Source of the DNA: Raillietiella orientalis
Taxonomy: Eukaryota
DNA: 64,000 nucleotides
Reading direction: 5' to 3'
NCBI GenBank assembly: GCA_036172245.1
Contig: JAYWIR010000031.1
Location: forward strand, 496,001 to 560,000
Positions 34,076-46,945 of the stretch are shown here, piece after piece; position 1 is the first letter of the stretch, and each line of letters begins with the position of its first letter. The notes below the pieces were generated by a model. It did no database searches. It saw only the letters and a list, made by a program, of their open reading frames with translations, and was not told where the DNA came from. Position numbers and translations under genes: made by a program.

Positions 34076-34435
34076 CGACCCTTCGGGGTCCTTCCAGGAA
34101 TCAAGGAGTCCTTCAAGGTTCCCCTCCGGTTGCGAAAAGAGAGACGTACTATGGAGCTGGTTGGTGTCCTACTCGCGGGGTCGTCTCTCCAGAGTGTCAA
34201 GAAGCGCTCTGCTCTCTTCCCAGAGAGACCCTTCAGGGAAATCGGGAAGCATCCCTTCGGGGTTCTCTTCGGAGAAGGAAAGCAGAATCGGGTCCTTTTC
34301 CGGGGGGTCCCTCCGGAGAAGAAATTCAAGAGCGGATCCTTTTCGGGCACCCTTCAAAGAAGAAACAAGGAATGTTTCCCCCCTTCGGGGGGTCTCTTCG
34401 GAGAGAATAAGGAAGAGGTTCCCTTCAAAGACAGC
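34075..34435. repeat. Degenerate minisatellite, unit about 40-43 bp
   Basis: Recurring ccctt(c/t)cggggg(g)tc(t/c)cttcggagaagaaa units near 34253, 34294, 34338, 34380 and 34421, with looser copies from 34078. Confidence 0.7.
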
Positions 34436-37400
34436 TAGGGCGAGGATTCCTCTCTGGGTTCCCTCCCTCTTTTTTTCTAAGGAAAAAGGAAAAAAAGAGG
34501 GAGGGGACTCTGCAGGTCGGCAAAGGCATTTCCTCTCGGAACGGAAGCCGGCAAGACAAGAGCTCGGCGCACTTCGTTCACTGCTCATCTCGAAGCGCCA
34601 ATGAGCTCCCAGGGAAGAGGGTAGGGAGATGAGGAAACGAGTCGAGGTTCCTTCCAGACCCTTTGATTGTGCTCCCCATTCACCTGAAGAATGGGCGCTG
34701 CCCTGCGGGGCGCGGTTTCGAACGCAGCTGGCAGTTGAGCGGAGGCTATGGAGTTTTGGAAGGCGCCCACCCTTCACTGCACTGGATGGAGAAGGGGAAG
34801 AGTAGGGCAGGCGAAACACAAGGAAATGCCACGGCTGCTGCATGTCCAAACACTCTCGGAGCTTAGGTTGAGAAAGCTCCATCAGAGACGCCAACGGTTC
34901 CGCTTCACATTTGGCTCATGGCAACAGCGAATGCAGATGGGTTGGACGTTTGCAACAAGTGGCATGATGGATGCGATTCGTAGATCCATCGGAAGAGGAC
35001 GGCAGAAAAGGTGTGTGTGTGGAGGTGGGCGGGGGGGGAAGGAAACGCGCTGCGGTCCAAGTGAGAGATCCAGGTGCAGGTGACGGTTCTTCTAATGGCT
35101 AAGAGCCATCGAGCACTCCAAACAAAGGTAATTTGAGGTCTGTCACTTTCGCGGTGCAAGGGTCGCCGAGCAAGCATCTCTCGGAGCCCTGGGAAGGGGA
35201 CAAATACGAAGACCTGTCTCGGTTTCTGGCCAGGTCTGACCTGAGCAACGACAGCAGCCGGAAAGAACCTGAGAGCCGTTCGTTTCCCTTTCCTCTGAGC
35301 GCGGGCAGGGAACTCGCCACTGCGCCTCCAAGTTCTCGCAAGATGAATGGCTTCCCCACTTGCGCTGGTAAATTGTCGGTCTCGTGTGGCGCCCTCCATG
35401 TTTATGCTTGAAGATCATCAGGCGGAAACCCGAGGGCAGTGCGTGCTAGCGGTTGCATCCGCTGGCTCGCCAGAGGATTGGAAAGGGAGGGGGGTAGGTG
35501 CAGGGGAGGTACTGGTGGTAGGGCCTCGCTCCCATCCTCCGTCTTCTGCGAAAAACGCAGATTTTTTCGAGCTCCCCAGCTCACGGCTCCGAGCTCGCGG
35601 GAGGGGAAGGCCGCTCGCTGTCAGATGGAATTCTGAGATTGGGAAGGAAAGAATGATGGGGCTGAGGAAAGGATCTTCGTCTCGGCAAACAACAGGCTTC
35701 CATTCGGAGAAGCGAAACAGCGAGTGGAACCTCTGTTCTCGCTGGGAAGAGCGAGTTCCAAAGTCTCCGAGCGGCGTGGAAACTGCGACGTGTTCTTCCA
35801 GATGGCGCAAGTGCACGACCAGCCACGTGGAAGATAGGAGGCGCGGAGAGGCGTTTCGGTGGCAACGCCTGAAACGAAAGGGGCGTGCGGCTTCGCCGGC
35901 GTGGGTTTCCTTTCATAAGCACTTGAGGAAGGTCTTCCGCCGGAAACAGGAGTAGGGGCAACGAAAGGAAGAAACCGGGAAGTTCCTCCTCGTTGCATTC
36001 TTACGCTGCCAGTTGAGTTAAAAGTCGCCTTTGACAAGAACGCTCGTTTTGAAGTTCGAGATCGAGAACGCTGCGTCCCCCGAGGTCAGGGAGGGATGGA
36101 GGAAAAGGCTTCCAGCGTCACGAACAGTGCCTTCTGCCCGATTAGAAAAAGCCGTTGCTACACTGCGCACACGAGCAGGACCGCAGAGATTCGGACGTCC
36201 CAGAAACATGTGCGTTCCATGGAAACGGTTCGCGTTCCTGGAAACAAACGGGAGCGACGAATGGTAGATCACTGGAAGTGATTAAAATTAATGGCGTGTC
36301 CCATCTGGAAGGAGCGCGGGAACACCTCTGAAGACGTGCATGACAATCGTCGGCACAGAAGGGTTCGATATCAGCGAGAGGCTGCTAATTTGGTCCTGCT
36401 CAGCTAGACGCGGAGCCGGATGGGATGAATGAAATGGGACGTTTGAAAACAGAGCGCGCGCGATGCTCTTGCCGCTGCTGCAGGAAATAAAATCAACATC
36501 TCAACCCGACAGGAAAAAAAAAAAAAAAAAGTCTTCAGTTCCGGAATTTGATTTAGAAGGAGAAAGTGCATCTTTCTATCTCGGGGCAACCCGGCCTTTC
36601 CGAGACCAGAAGGTCGTGAGATCGAAAGAGGGACCACGAAACGAAAGCAGCACTTGAGGCACAAGAGTCTGGAGGCTGCCCAACTTCCGGCGACTCGACG
36701 TTTCCAGGCTCAGGGCGGCTTCAGAGATCAGCCATCCGACAGCGCGCGTTTGACGAGAGCGGCGAACAGCATCCGCACCGCTCTTGATTCAGCACAAAGA
36801 GTCGGAAGAGAGAGGGCTTCCACGGCGTCGCAAGAACGCGCGAGGGACGAGACAGAGTTCACGACCTCGCGCTACGCGCGCGCGCGACGAGACGACGGCA
36901 TCGGCAGTCCAGCAGTCCTCCGGATGCGTCGGGATGGAACCGCCGATTCCGACCTCACTAAGAGGCGATTCGTTTCAGCGTTTGCTCCGACGAGTTGCAG
37001 AGCATCTCGTCCTAACGATCTTTTCGCTACGCTTTCCACCTGCTTGCTGCGACAACGTGCATGAAATGCACGTAAAGGGAGGTAGATGAAGGAAGGTTCC
37101 ACGCTTCAGAACGCCTTGCTGGAGCCGTCCCTCGTCGGAAGTGGCTCCGCACAGGGTTTTTTTCGCCAATGGAGACAAAGAGATAAAGTTTTGGGGTTTC
37201 TTGGACAGGTGGATGCTTTGCTTCACTCTTTGCTAAGGAAAGGGCAAGACCTGGCCTGTCTCATCTGATTGGTCCGATGGCTGTACACGCTTCGGCAGTA
37301 CGCAGTGAAATCGAAACGATACAGAGAAGGTCATCATGGTCCTTACGCGGGGGCGACACTCAAGATCGTGAAGCACTGAGACGACAAGAATCGTGTCCTT

Positions 37401-39749
37401 CGTTGACGGTGCTCGCCTTTTTATTTTCCTTTTTTTTCCTTTTTCTTCCCGTGGAATATCTGGAGCTCCATTTAGCTGATGCCACTTCAGCCGACTGCGA
37501 ACGATACCGAGGTGCTGAAAGCGGGAAACAACAAGGTTACTCGTCCATGCGTTGGTTCCCCTTATGACTGAGCTCGAGAAATGTCGGACAGATGCAGGAG
37601 TCAACGAGTTAACTGGGAAACACGATCCGGCTGTGAGAAGCATCTCGGAAAATCCTGCTGTTTTTTCCCGATAGGATTTCCCTCCTGAAAGTCTCTTTCA
37701 AGAAGTTCGTTCTGAGGAGCTCCCGTCTGACCGCTTGCGGCGCTGCGAGATCTTGTCAGGAAGACTCAGAAGAAGAAGTTTTTTTTCCGCATTTCTCCGG
37801 TTCTTGCTGTATCCCACACTCGAGTCCATTAGGTTCTTTGCAAAAGAAAATTCCAGCGCCATGTTCCTTTGTCTTTCTTGGTTCAGAGCACCCTAAAAGT
37901 TGCTGATCTCTTTAACGGCGACGTGGGTGTGGGGAACGGCGAAGGAGCCACGGAGCATGGAATACGTTGAGGATTGCTCTCCTCGTGGACACCGTCTATG
38001 AACTCCTCGATGAAACCTTCGTATTTTGGCGCGGCGAGAGAGCGAGGTTGACCAGCACCCTTAAGCATGGAGACTCCGAAAGGGGCGTGTGACAGACTAA
38101 GTCCAGCAGGAGCTCAGAGTGCACGTCACGTAAACAGGGGATAGGGAATCATTCCGCGACACTCGGTGTGTTCCGAAACACGTATTTAGGATGAACATCT
38201 CATCTTGCGCTATGAGAAGAATTCCATGAAAGTTCTGGGGCTTTTTCTTTCCTCGCAACATCGCCATCACAGCTGGCTGCAGAAAATCCCGTTAGGACTT
38301 GCTTGTGTAATGACACAAAAAGGATCATGGACATCGCTGGGGGAAGTACTCGAACCAAAATTCTTCTAAGACTAAAATGATGACCGGGGTCCTTCCAAGA
38401 AAAAGACCAGTTGCGGATGCAGATTCGGAAGATTTTCAGATGTGGATTCTGTGCTTGAACCATTCGATTCTCTCCCACTGACAAAGCAAGCAGATTTGTA
38501 CGGAATCCTTTTGAGCTCAAAAACAACAGCAACAACAACAACCCTCCCTTTTCCTACTTTGCAATATGGAAGCAGATCGGGATGATTCCCACAATTCTGC
38601 CTCTTTCCTCCAAAATGCAGGGGGAAAAAAATATCGTTACGTTTAAATGATTTTCCCAACATAAGGCCTCGTGTGTCCGATTCGTTTCACAAGCTCCCGT
38701 CTTGAATCCAACACGTTTGCAGGGATGGACAAGATGTGCTTCAGTGCTGCTGAACACGAAGATAAGATAAATGCAGCTTCCGATAAGATGAATAATTTCC
38801 GGACGAAAGTAGTTAGAAACTACTTGAAGAGCCTATTTGTTTGGAGATATGGCTCCTCGTGATGTCAATCTGATAAGTTCCTCGTTGCCTTGTCTCTGCG
38901 ACGAGTCTTAGAAATCAAATCATCCAAGAAAAATGAAAACCTTTGGAACGGAGATGATGATTCGGAATTCAGCGCGTCGTCTGCGATACGGGAGTCGCAA
39001 AAGCTCCTTTCGGTTGAAGTAAAGGGAGGAGGAAGACACAAAGGATAAGTGAGTGGGAACATGAATTATCATTCGGAAAAGGATATCAGCCAAACTCCTG
39101 TTGGGATTCGGAGCATGCTGCTGCAGTACCCGATGCGTCGTCAGCAGAGAGAGAGAGAGAAAATGGTTTAATTCGCGTTCCAAGAGTCAGGGATCGAGAA
39201 AAACCCGTTCGCACCCAACTTTCCGTTGAGGTGCCTCTGCGTACCGAGCCGTCACGGCCAAAGAACGGGAGAGCTTGGATGTGGCTTGTGAGGGGATTCC
39301 CTTCGTCATCCGGCTGCACTGGGGTCGCCTATTAGTGAGAGCAAACACCCAGAGATCAGGGAAAAGAAATCTGTCCTCCGATGCAAAGTCCAGTGGGGAG
39401 AGAGGGGCAAAATAATTAAGTAAACAAAACCTATTGGGAAAGGGCGTCACTGGCTCCCGTCACTTCGTGTCCCGAATTTGGAGAGCAGCGGGGGGGGAAA
39501 AAAAATTCCCACCAGAGGCTCGAGGTCAGTCCCATCTCGCCGGTCCTCGAAGCAGAGAAAGAATTCTACCGGTTACAGTTCTGACTGAGGCATTCCGCGC
39601 AGGGAGCTCACTATGGCAACCGCTGCTGAGTGGGGAAGCAAGGAAGAACCGCCTCGGTGGGTCCTTCGGCTCTTTTCTTGGGAGAGGAAAGGCTTCTTTT
39701 TTTTTCCTAGGATCGCACTTTTGCAAACCGGGAAGCCACATCCGTGAGC

Positions 39750-40760
39750 AGCTGCGGGCGATGGAGAGTTCCAGTCAATCGGCATCGCTTGCAGGACTGC
39801 CACAAGGTAGATTCGTAGGTGATACGGGTGACCCCGGCGCAGAGAAGGGCATGACTCGTGACTGGTCTTCAGGGGCAAGGTCAAGTCGGGTGAAAGGGAA
39901 GCCGCGGAGGGTGGACTTCATGCTGGTGAAGCTTTCAGCGTCTTGTACAGAGCTGCAACAGCCGCCGCGCCCGCGTATGCGGGGGTTTCCGCCCTTCCCG
40001 CAACGTCACGAAGGACCTGCCGTGAATCGTCATGCCTTCCTCGCAGGGCACGGGGGGCGCAATGGCAGTGTGGCACAAACACGGGTGGATCCTCCGGGAT
40101 CCTGTATCACCTCCGCCAGCGTTGGTGCTCAGGAAAAACGCGTCAGCCCGGGCTCAGGCGCCACGGCTGGCTGAGCCCGGGGCGAACCTCAGTGTGCCTC
40201 CTACCGCGCGCCTGCGTGCTCCCTGTAACACAGGAAATCCGCAAGCGTTCGTCGCCACCGCTGCCTCATCTAACACACGATCTGATGGACTTTCCCCCTC
40301 CTGGAGTCGTTCTGGTGACGCGGGTCCGGCTCAGGAACCGTGACCAATCTGCCACGGTGGCTGGCCGGTGTCGGTCGCGGGAACGCGATGCTGCTGCAGT
40401 CCTGACCAGACATCGATCCTCGCCGACTCACGCATGAAACGCGACTTCGGGAGCGAGCACTTCCCCTGAGGGGTCGCTCATCCAGGAACCCATTTTCCAA
40501 CCGTGCATGAAAGTGCTCCCGGGATCCGATAGGCAGCTCCTGTCTGTAGTTCGCCACCAGTTCGAGGCGACCCTGTCCACGGAGGTGGCATTTCGATTCC
40601 GCAATCTGAAGAACCAGCGGGCAGCTTCGGACGGGGGTCCCCACTGCTTGAAGAAATGCTCGCGCGTCGAACGAGCCTTTGTTCTAGAACAAAAGGAATT
40701 GCTAGAGGGGAGATGGAGTGCGTGACCATGAAGCGGGTACCAGCCGGTCGGCCACGGCTG
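39750..40760 (+). mobile_element. Possible highly degraded non-LTR retrotransposon ORF2 C-terminal relic
   Basis: Frameshifted fragments in the expected order: VLYRA, AVWHKHGW, CVLPVTQEIRKR, THDLMDFP/LLESFW (like HLFxxCPxxxxFW), then a helical stretch ending LLEGRW. The similarity is weak and judged by eye. Confidence 0.33.
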
Positions 40761-42654
40761 CTAAGTTCCCAGGCTGCTCCAGTCCTCCGACGGAATCCTT
40801 CTATTTTCAGCCTGGGGGGCCCCCGGCTGCGTCGCGCCTACGAGGGCACACTCGTTCATCGGTGGTCCGCATGTGCCTGAGATGCGGGGGCATGCCGTGC
40901 ATCTCCAGCCTCCTCGGTTAGCGCTGAGGAGAGACGCCTTTGATCTGCAAGACTGGCCGATCAAGCTGGGTAAAAGAAACAAACAAACCCAAGACAAATT
41001 GCCCACGGCATCCTTGCATGAGTGGATGGGTGCTCATAGTCAGCACTGAATTTCGCTTTCCGGAAGACCCCCCTTTGATAAGACCCGGCTGATTCGCTGG
41101 AGGCTGAGCTGCCTCTTTGGACAGATTCTTTCCTCCCCCAGCGCAATCCAGGGAGTCTCAGAGGAGCACTGCGGCTCGGCAGGCGAATCAGCCAGTGGAT
41201 GGCGCTGTAAATCAACGGTAACATCTTTTTCATCCTTCCGAAGCAAAGGAACACCTCTGCCGCACATCAATCAAAGTGTGTTTGATGTACGAACACGTCC
41301 ATGGCAACGGGGATTTTCCCTTTGAACTTGAGCGGGAAAACACACCTTGCCGTTGTGCGTTCCTCGGCACCCGACACATCCTTTGAGTATCTTTGAAGTG
41401 TAAACCGTGCTCCACCTCCGTGTCGACTGAGGAGGCGCAGAAGCTCTTCCTCCGTAATCCGGGATCCATCCGGGGGAGTCGTTCGTTTTCTCCTGGAAGC
41501 CCCGGATGATTTCATCTGTACACAGTTAGGTAGAAGGAAAAAAAAAAAGAAGGATCATTTCCTGGGAATGAAAATAAACATTCTCGCGAGTCTGTCTCCA
41601 AGAGCAACGTGTGGTTTATTTGCGTTTGGTTTCGACAAGAAGGGAGGACGCTGCCCCCCGCAGAGAGGCCTTCGAGGACTTTCAGTCGGGTGGGGAGGTA
41701 GTCGTGAGCCTGCAAGAAACCGGGGCTCCAAGAGCAGGCGTCTTGTCTTCCGGGAAGGCGAGCAGCGCCCTCGCAAGATAGGATCTCGGGGCTGCTGCTG
41801 CGTATGCTGATCTCGTCTTTCTTTTACCCCCATCCTTCTCCCCTGGCTGGTGTGCCCCGTGCTGCCGGAGACGCTTCCTGTTTAGCGGCGGATGGTCTGG
41901 GTCGATCGTTGCGTTTTTCCCGGGCTGACCGCCAAGCCAGGGGGCTGAGCGACGGGAAGCCGAAAGAGTGACGGCTGCTTCTGCAGCTGACGGGATGGGA
42001 GAGCCCATCCGCATGCCGCCGGGTTGTGCAAAGTTCCGCACCGAGCGAAGAAGATCCAAGAAAGAATTTCCATTTGGGGGATGCCTTTTTTTTCTTCTTC
42101 CTTCCTTTTAATCTCCTCGCCGAAGAGAGAGGGGAGGAAAAAAAGATGCCAAGGAGGACCCGGGCAGGAAAAAAAAAATTGCTCTGGATGGTTGGACAGC
42201 TGACAAAGAGAGAGAGAGAAGATAAGTTTGCTGTCTTTCCGGATCCTCACGGGGACAGAACGGAGATGAAGAGAGCGAAGTTTCGGATAAAAATTAGTGG
42301 CTACTGGATCATCCGCGGCTCCTCGAGCCGAAGAGATGCGCTTCCTGGTTGTCAGTTGGACGAATTCGCACTGACAGTTGCGAGCTGCAGATAAATCGAG
42401 GGATGTAGATGCTGAGCAGCTTGTTTTTCCATTCCGCCGAGAGATCCATCCTCCGGAAGCCCGCTGCTCCCTTAAGGAATCTGCAACTCCTCCCTTCCTG
42501 AACGCTCCCCTCGTACCGGAAGGCGATGCCCTCCCTCGCTGCGGAAGACCCCGGCTCTGTCGCACTCGTCACTTGGAAGTGAGCTCCGGGGTAACCGGGC
42601 CTCCAGAACGTCAAGAAGCGTCTCTGTGCTGAGCACTCCAGCTTTAGATGGAGA

Positions 42655-42815
42655 TCTGCTCCTCTTCCTCTCTTCTTTCTCCTTGTCCCTTCTTCTTCTT
42701 CCTCCATTCCTCCTTCTCCTACCTTCTTCTTCCTCCTCCTCTTCTTCCTTCTTTCTTATCCACTCTTCTTTCTCCTGCTCCTCCTCATCCCTTCTTCTTC
42801 CTACACCCTTCATCC
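42655..42815. repeat. Pyrimidine-rich low-complexity tract (CTT/CCT)
   Basis: tcttcttcttcctcc... runs. Confidence 0.9.
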
Positions 42816-45800
42816 TCGGAAACAAGCGCTGCCTGGAGCTTGGGAAATCCACTGTGACCTTTCATGGCTTGCAATCTGGAGCGGGTTCCCCGCGGGTAGG
42901 GAAGCAGTCTCCCGCACCTTGTCCCGCGTGTGGGAAGGCTCGCCGAGGGCCCCCAAGAGCGCTCTGCTGCTGAGCTCCCCCTTCCGTCCCTCCTTGACCA
43001 AAACTTCGCTGCCGGCCCCTTTCTGCCTCTGCCATGTAAACAGCGTGCGGCTGTCAGCGCGTTCCTCGCATTCCCTCAGGCCTCTCGGAGGGCGCGTCAG
43101 AGGGCGCGAAAGTTCGGAGAAAGGGGAAGGGGGAGGCGGAGCGAAGGCGCCTCATTTTCGTCCGGGAACAGCGACGGGAGGGACGCAGGGATCCCACGGG
43201 CGGGACCGCACCCGCGGATAATTGCGAGTCGTCCCCTTCGTCGTCCTGGACACCGGTCCGCGCCCCGTCTAGTAGAGTTCCTCCGTCCCTCCCGCGCTTT
43301 TCGGGGTCGGGAGGACTCACAAAAAAAAAGGATCGGAAAAAAAAAAAAAAGGGGAGGATCGACGACAGGAACGCGGACTCCTTTTCTCCTGCCATCATCT
43401 TGATTGGAGAGAGGAGGAAAGACACCTCTTCCGACCTCTGAGGGCTCCATCCCAGCAGGGTGCGACGGGAGGGGAGGGAAGCTGCCGGCATGAAACCCGC
43501 TCGCTGACCTTTCCTCGATCCAAGGATGCTGCAGCCAGATCCTCCTTTGGGAGCCTGATTTTCCGGCTTCGAGGGGTTTCCTAGGCAGCTGCCAACGACG
43601 CTCGGATGGTCACAAGGAGACCTCGGCGCTCTTCTACGTCGGAGATGAAGCGCCGAAGGGGAGGAGAGGGACGCGGGTGGCTAAGCTACTCCTCCATCCC
43701 GGATGAGGGGCGTTCGCAGAGAGCCATCCCAGTCCCGTATACTTAGGCAGCCTGTCACCAAATCTGCCCGGAGACTGAAGACTGGGACCTCCGTTCCAAG
43801 GGGTGACGTCGTTGCGCGTGCGTCGGCGCCGGGCACTCACCTCTGTCGTCGTCGCAGGAGACGCCTGTTCCTGCACGGCGCCTCCGCTGTCGACTCTCGC
43901 GCGCGCCCCCTGGTGGCTCTCGAATCTTCGTGGGTCCCGGAAGATGGCAGCGAGGGAGCCACGAGGGGGCGTGGCGCAGCCGGGTGCTCTCGCGGTGGAA
44001 CCCGGAGCAGCTTCTGCTGCTGCTGCTGCTCCTCTCGTCCATCTCCCGCCCGTCACCTCCAGTGCATTTCCGTCCCCCACCGCTGCCGATGGTAAGCGTC
44101 TCCCGGGGTTTCCGTCTTGCTGCTGTGGCCTCTTTCGCTCCCTCCCCCTTTTCCCTCTTTTCTCTCTCTTTTCCTTCCCGAGGTGCCTCCTAGCAACCTT
44201 TTGGCTTCCGTCTGTCGCGACCAGGGGAGAGCGAAAAGATGGATGCGAACCTAGGAAAGATAACGGGATGGCGTGATCGATGGCGTTGGGCGGATGCGGA
44301 AGCTGGGGCGTGCGCGTCTCAAGGGAGGACGGAGGTGGCGACCAAAAGGGGAGGCAGGGGAAGGTCATTTTGCAGCGCTGTATTGAAGGGGGGGAGGGGA
44401 AACTGTCCCGCGACCGACTCGCCGCCTCGGGCGATGATCCTCCCATCCCAGATCTCCGACGATCTAACAACGAAATCCTCGTAAAGAGGAAGATGGCGTG
44501 CACGGATCTGCAATGCGAAGGGGGAGTGGGGGTAGTAAACGGGAGGGTGGGATAGTCGGCATCGAGGCGAGGAATCCCGTTCTCGGGGACCCTGCGTCGG
44601 ACAGCGACAGGAAGGGAGGGAAGTGGCCGGGTGGTTTGTGTCCTCAGACGTCGGGAGACGCCCGGCGTCCTCCGGGAGGCTCGGCCGATCTGCAGGTCGC
44701 CGAGGGAGAATGCAGGGATTCTGGGGTAGCGAAGCTGCCCCCGCGGAGGGAAGGAGGGTAGAGATGAAAGGATGACGTTCCCTTCCGCCTGTGACTTCCT
44801 GCGAGATGCGCTCCCGGACCATGGCGGGAAGCCTCAAGCAGGCTCGCGGAAGGAGGGGCGGGGGACGGTGCCCCAATGCCTGAGGGCGCACGCGATCTGC
44901 AGGCTCCCGTCCATCGTGCGAAGGGGGTCCCTGTCCCGCGCATCCCGCTCCCTCGCCCCCCATCCGAATCTGGACGCCTCCTGACAACCTCCAAGGGCCG
45001 GCAGGAGATCGTCGGAACGGGAGGTGTCTCTCGGGAGATAGGGGGTGGGGGGGTTAGTGCATCCCTGACGGCATCGGTAAGGAGGAAGACGAGAACCGCG
45101 GGTTCTCCATTCTGGCTCTGTGCGCAACCCGTCTGCTTGGGTCGCGCGTGGAGCCCTCCTGGACAAATGATCGGCGCCTGGGGAACGACTGCAGCCATTT
45201 CCGTGGAAACCGACTGTCGATGCGAAGGAAAGGGCGGGAGAACATGGGCGTAGCCCTGCAGCCTCCACCCCTCCGTACGCAGGGTGCTTCCCCCCTTCAG
45301 TGGGCGCAAGGAGCGCGGCCCTCCGGCAGTGAAGAGGGAGGAAGGAGAGGGACAGGGAAGGGGGAGAGGGTCATGCTCGCAAACCACGCTGGCTCCCCTT
45401 CCTTCCTACTCATCCCCTGACCTTCCTGGACTCTCCGCCCCAGTCGGCAGTGTCATTGGCGACCGAAGTCCTGGTGGTCAGCACCCTCCTGCAGGTGCTT
45501 ACCAAAGCGATCCTGCCAAAAAGTCGTCGAGGAGTCGATACGAGACCGAGGGTGCAGGGATGGGGGTGGGGTGAGCGCAGTCGCTTCCTTCCGGCTGCGG
45601 CGGACGGCCGTTTGGCAGTCCCTCTCGGAGAGGGCGTCACGCTAGGGACGGGAAGTGCTCCCCGGGACTCTGGCGAGAAAGCTGGTCTTCTCTCGCGACT
45701 CCTACGGCCACCCCGGGGAGCCCCCGCGCTCCTCAAGCAGCCCGTTGGGAGGTTGATTGCACTCCTCGAGGCGCGTAGGACGGCGGCAGCCGCCTAGGAG

Positions 45801-46499
45801 GCCGCGCGTCCCCTGCCTCGGTGCCAAGCCATGAGAGGGAATGCGCCTGGGAAGGGAAGGGTGGAGGAGGGGAGAATGTGCGCCCCGAGCTGCGGTTCGC
45901 GGTTTCCGGGGAACCGAGGGGGGAGAGGGAACAGTAGACATCCCTCGGCAGCCGGAGGAGGTGCGAAGACCCGGGGAGGAGCCGCACGCACAGCCAGGAT
46001 GTGGGTCCTTCGTCTGCCCGTTCCCACTCTCCCACGCGCTCCCCCTCTCCTTCGACCCTCCGGTGAGACTTCCTCTCCCTTATACTGGGACATGCCACTG
46101 GGGCTGAAGTCCGAGGGGGTGGGCCCTCCGGCCGAGGCACTCACCTGCCCGGCAGAAGAAGAGCGCTGAAGGTCGGACGCCTCTCACAAGGGGACCGACG
46201 CCCCGAAGCGTCCGCACGTCTCGAGTGAGCTTCCTGGCGCCCAGACGGGACATCGGCGCCAGGAAGTTCGAGAGGCAGGGCGACAGGGCGGCGCGTCCCC
46301 TCCTGCGACGCTCCTGGAGACAAAAACGTCGCTCTCCGCGCCTCGCGGTGGGAGCGCGGTTGGAGGAAGAGACAACATGTCTGCAGGGCGGCTGAGGAAA
46401 CGAACCGGCTTCCTCTCCCGCGTGGGGACGACCACCTGCTGACTCCCCCCCCCCTTTCCCCTTGCTTCCCCGCTTCTTTCCGGATGCGGCTCTGCTGAC

Positions 46500-46945
46500 G
46501 CTGAAAGTAAAAGAATGAAAATGAAGGTGAGAAGTACAGGTTAAGCCAACGAGGATAAAGAGATGATGACAAGAAAAGGATGGGTCGATGAGAATGATGA
46601 CAAGCAGAGAGAGAATGGTGGGAAGAAGAGGATAAAGAGAAAAAGAGAATGAATCGGTGAGGACTAGGAGAAGAAAATGGCGAGATGAGGACAAGTCGAC
46701 CAGGATGAAGAAAAGAAGATGGCGAGAGGCGGATGGGAGATGAAGAGGATGAAGTGAAAAGGAAGATGAGTAGACGAGGATGAGTAGAAGAAGCGAATGG
46801 CAAGAGGAGGATGAGGGGATGAAGAAGAGAATTAGGCGAAAAAGAGGACGAGTCGACGAGGATGAAAGGAAGAAGAGGATGGTGAGGTGAGAATGAGATG
46901 ACAAAGAGGACGGAGAGAGGAGGAGGGACAAAAAAGGGAAGCTTG
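46500..46945. repeat. Purine-rich low-complexity tract (GAGGATGA/AGAAGA motifs)
   Basis: Strong A/G strand bias with a recurring gatga motif. Confidence 0.8.

Noticed and set aside
34075..34435. CRISPR-like array
   Set aside because: The context is eukaryotic, the units are degenerate, and there are no unique spacers or cas genes.
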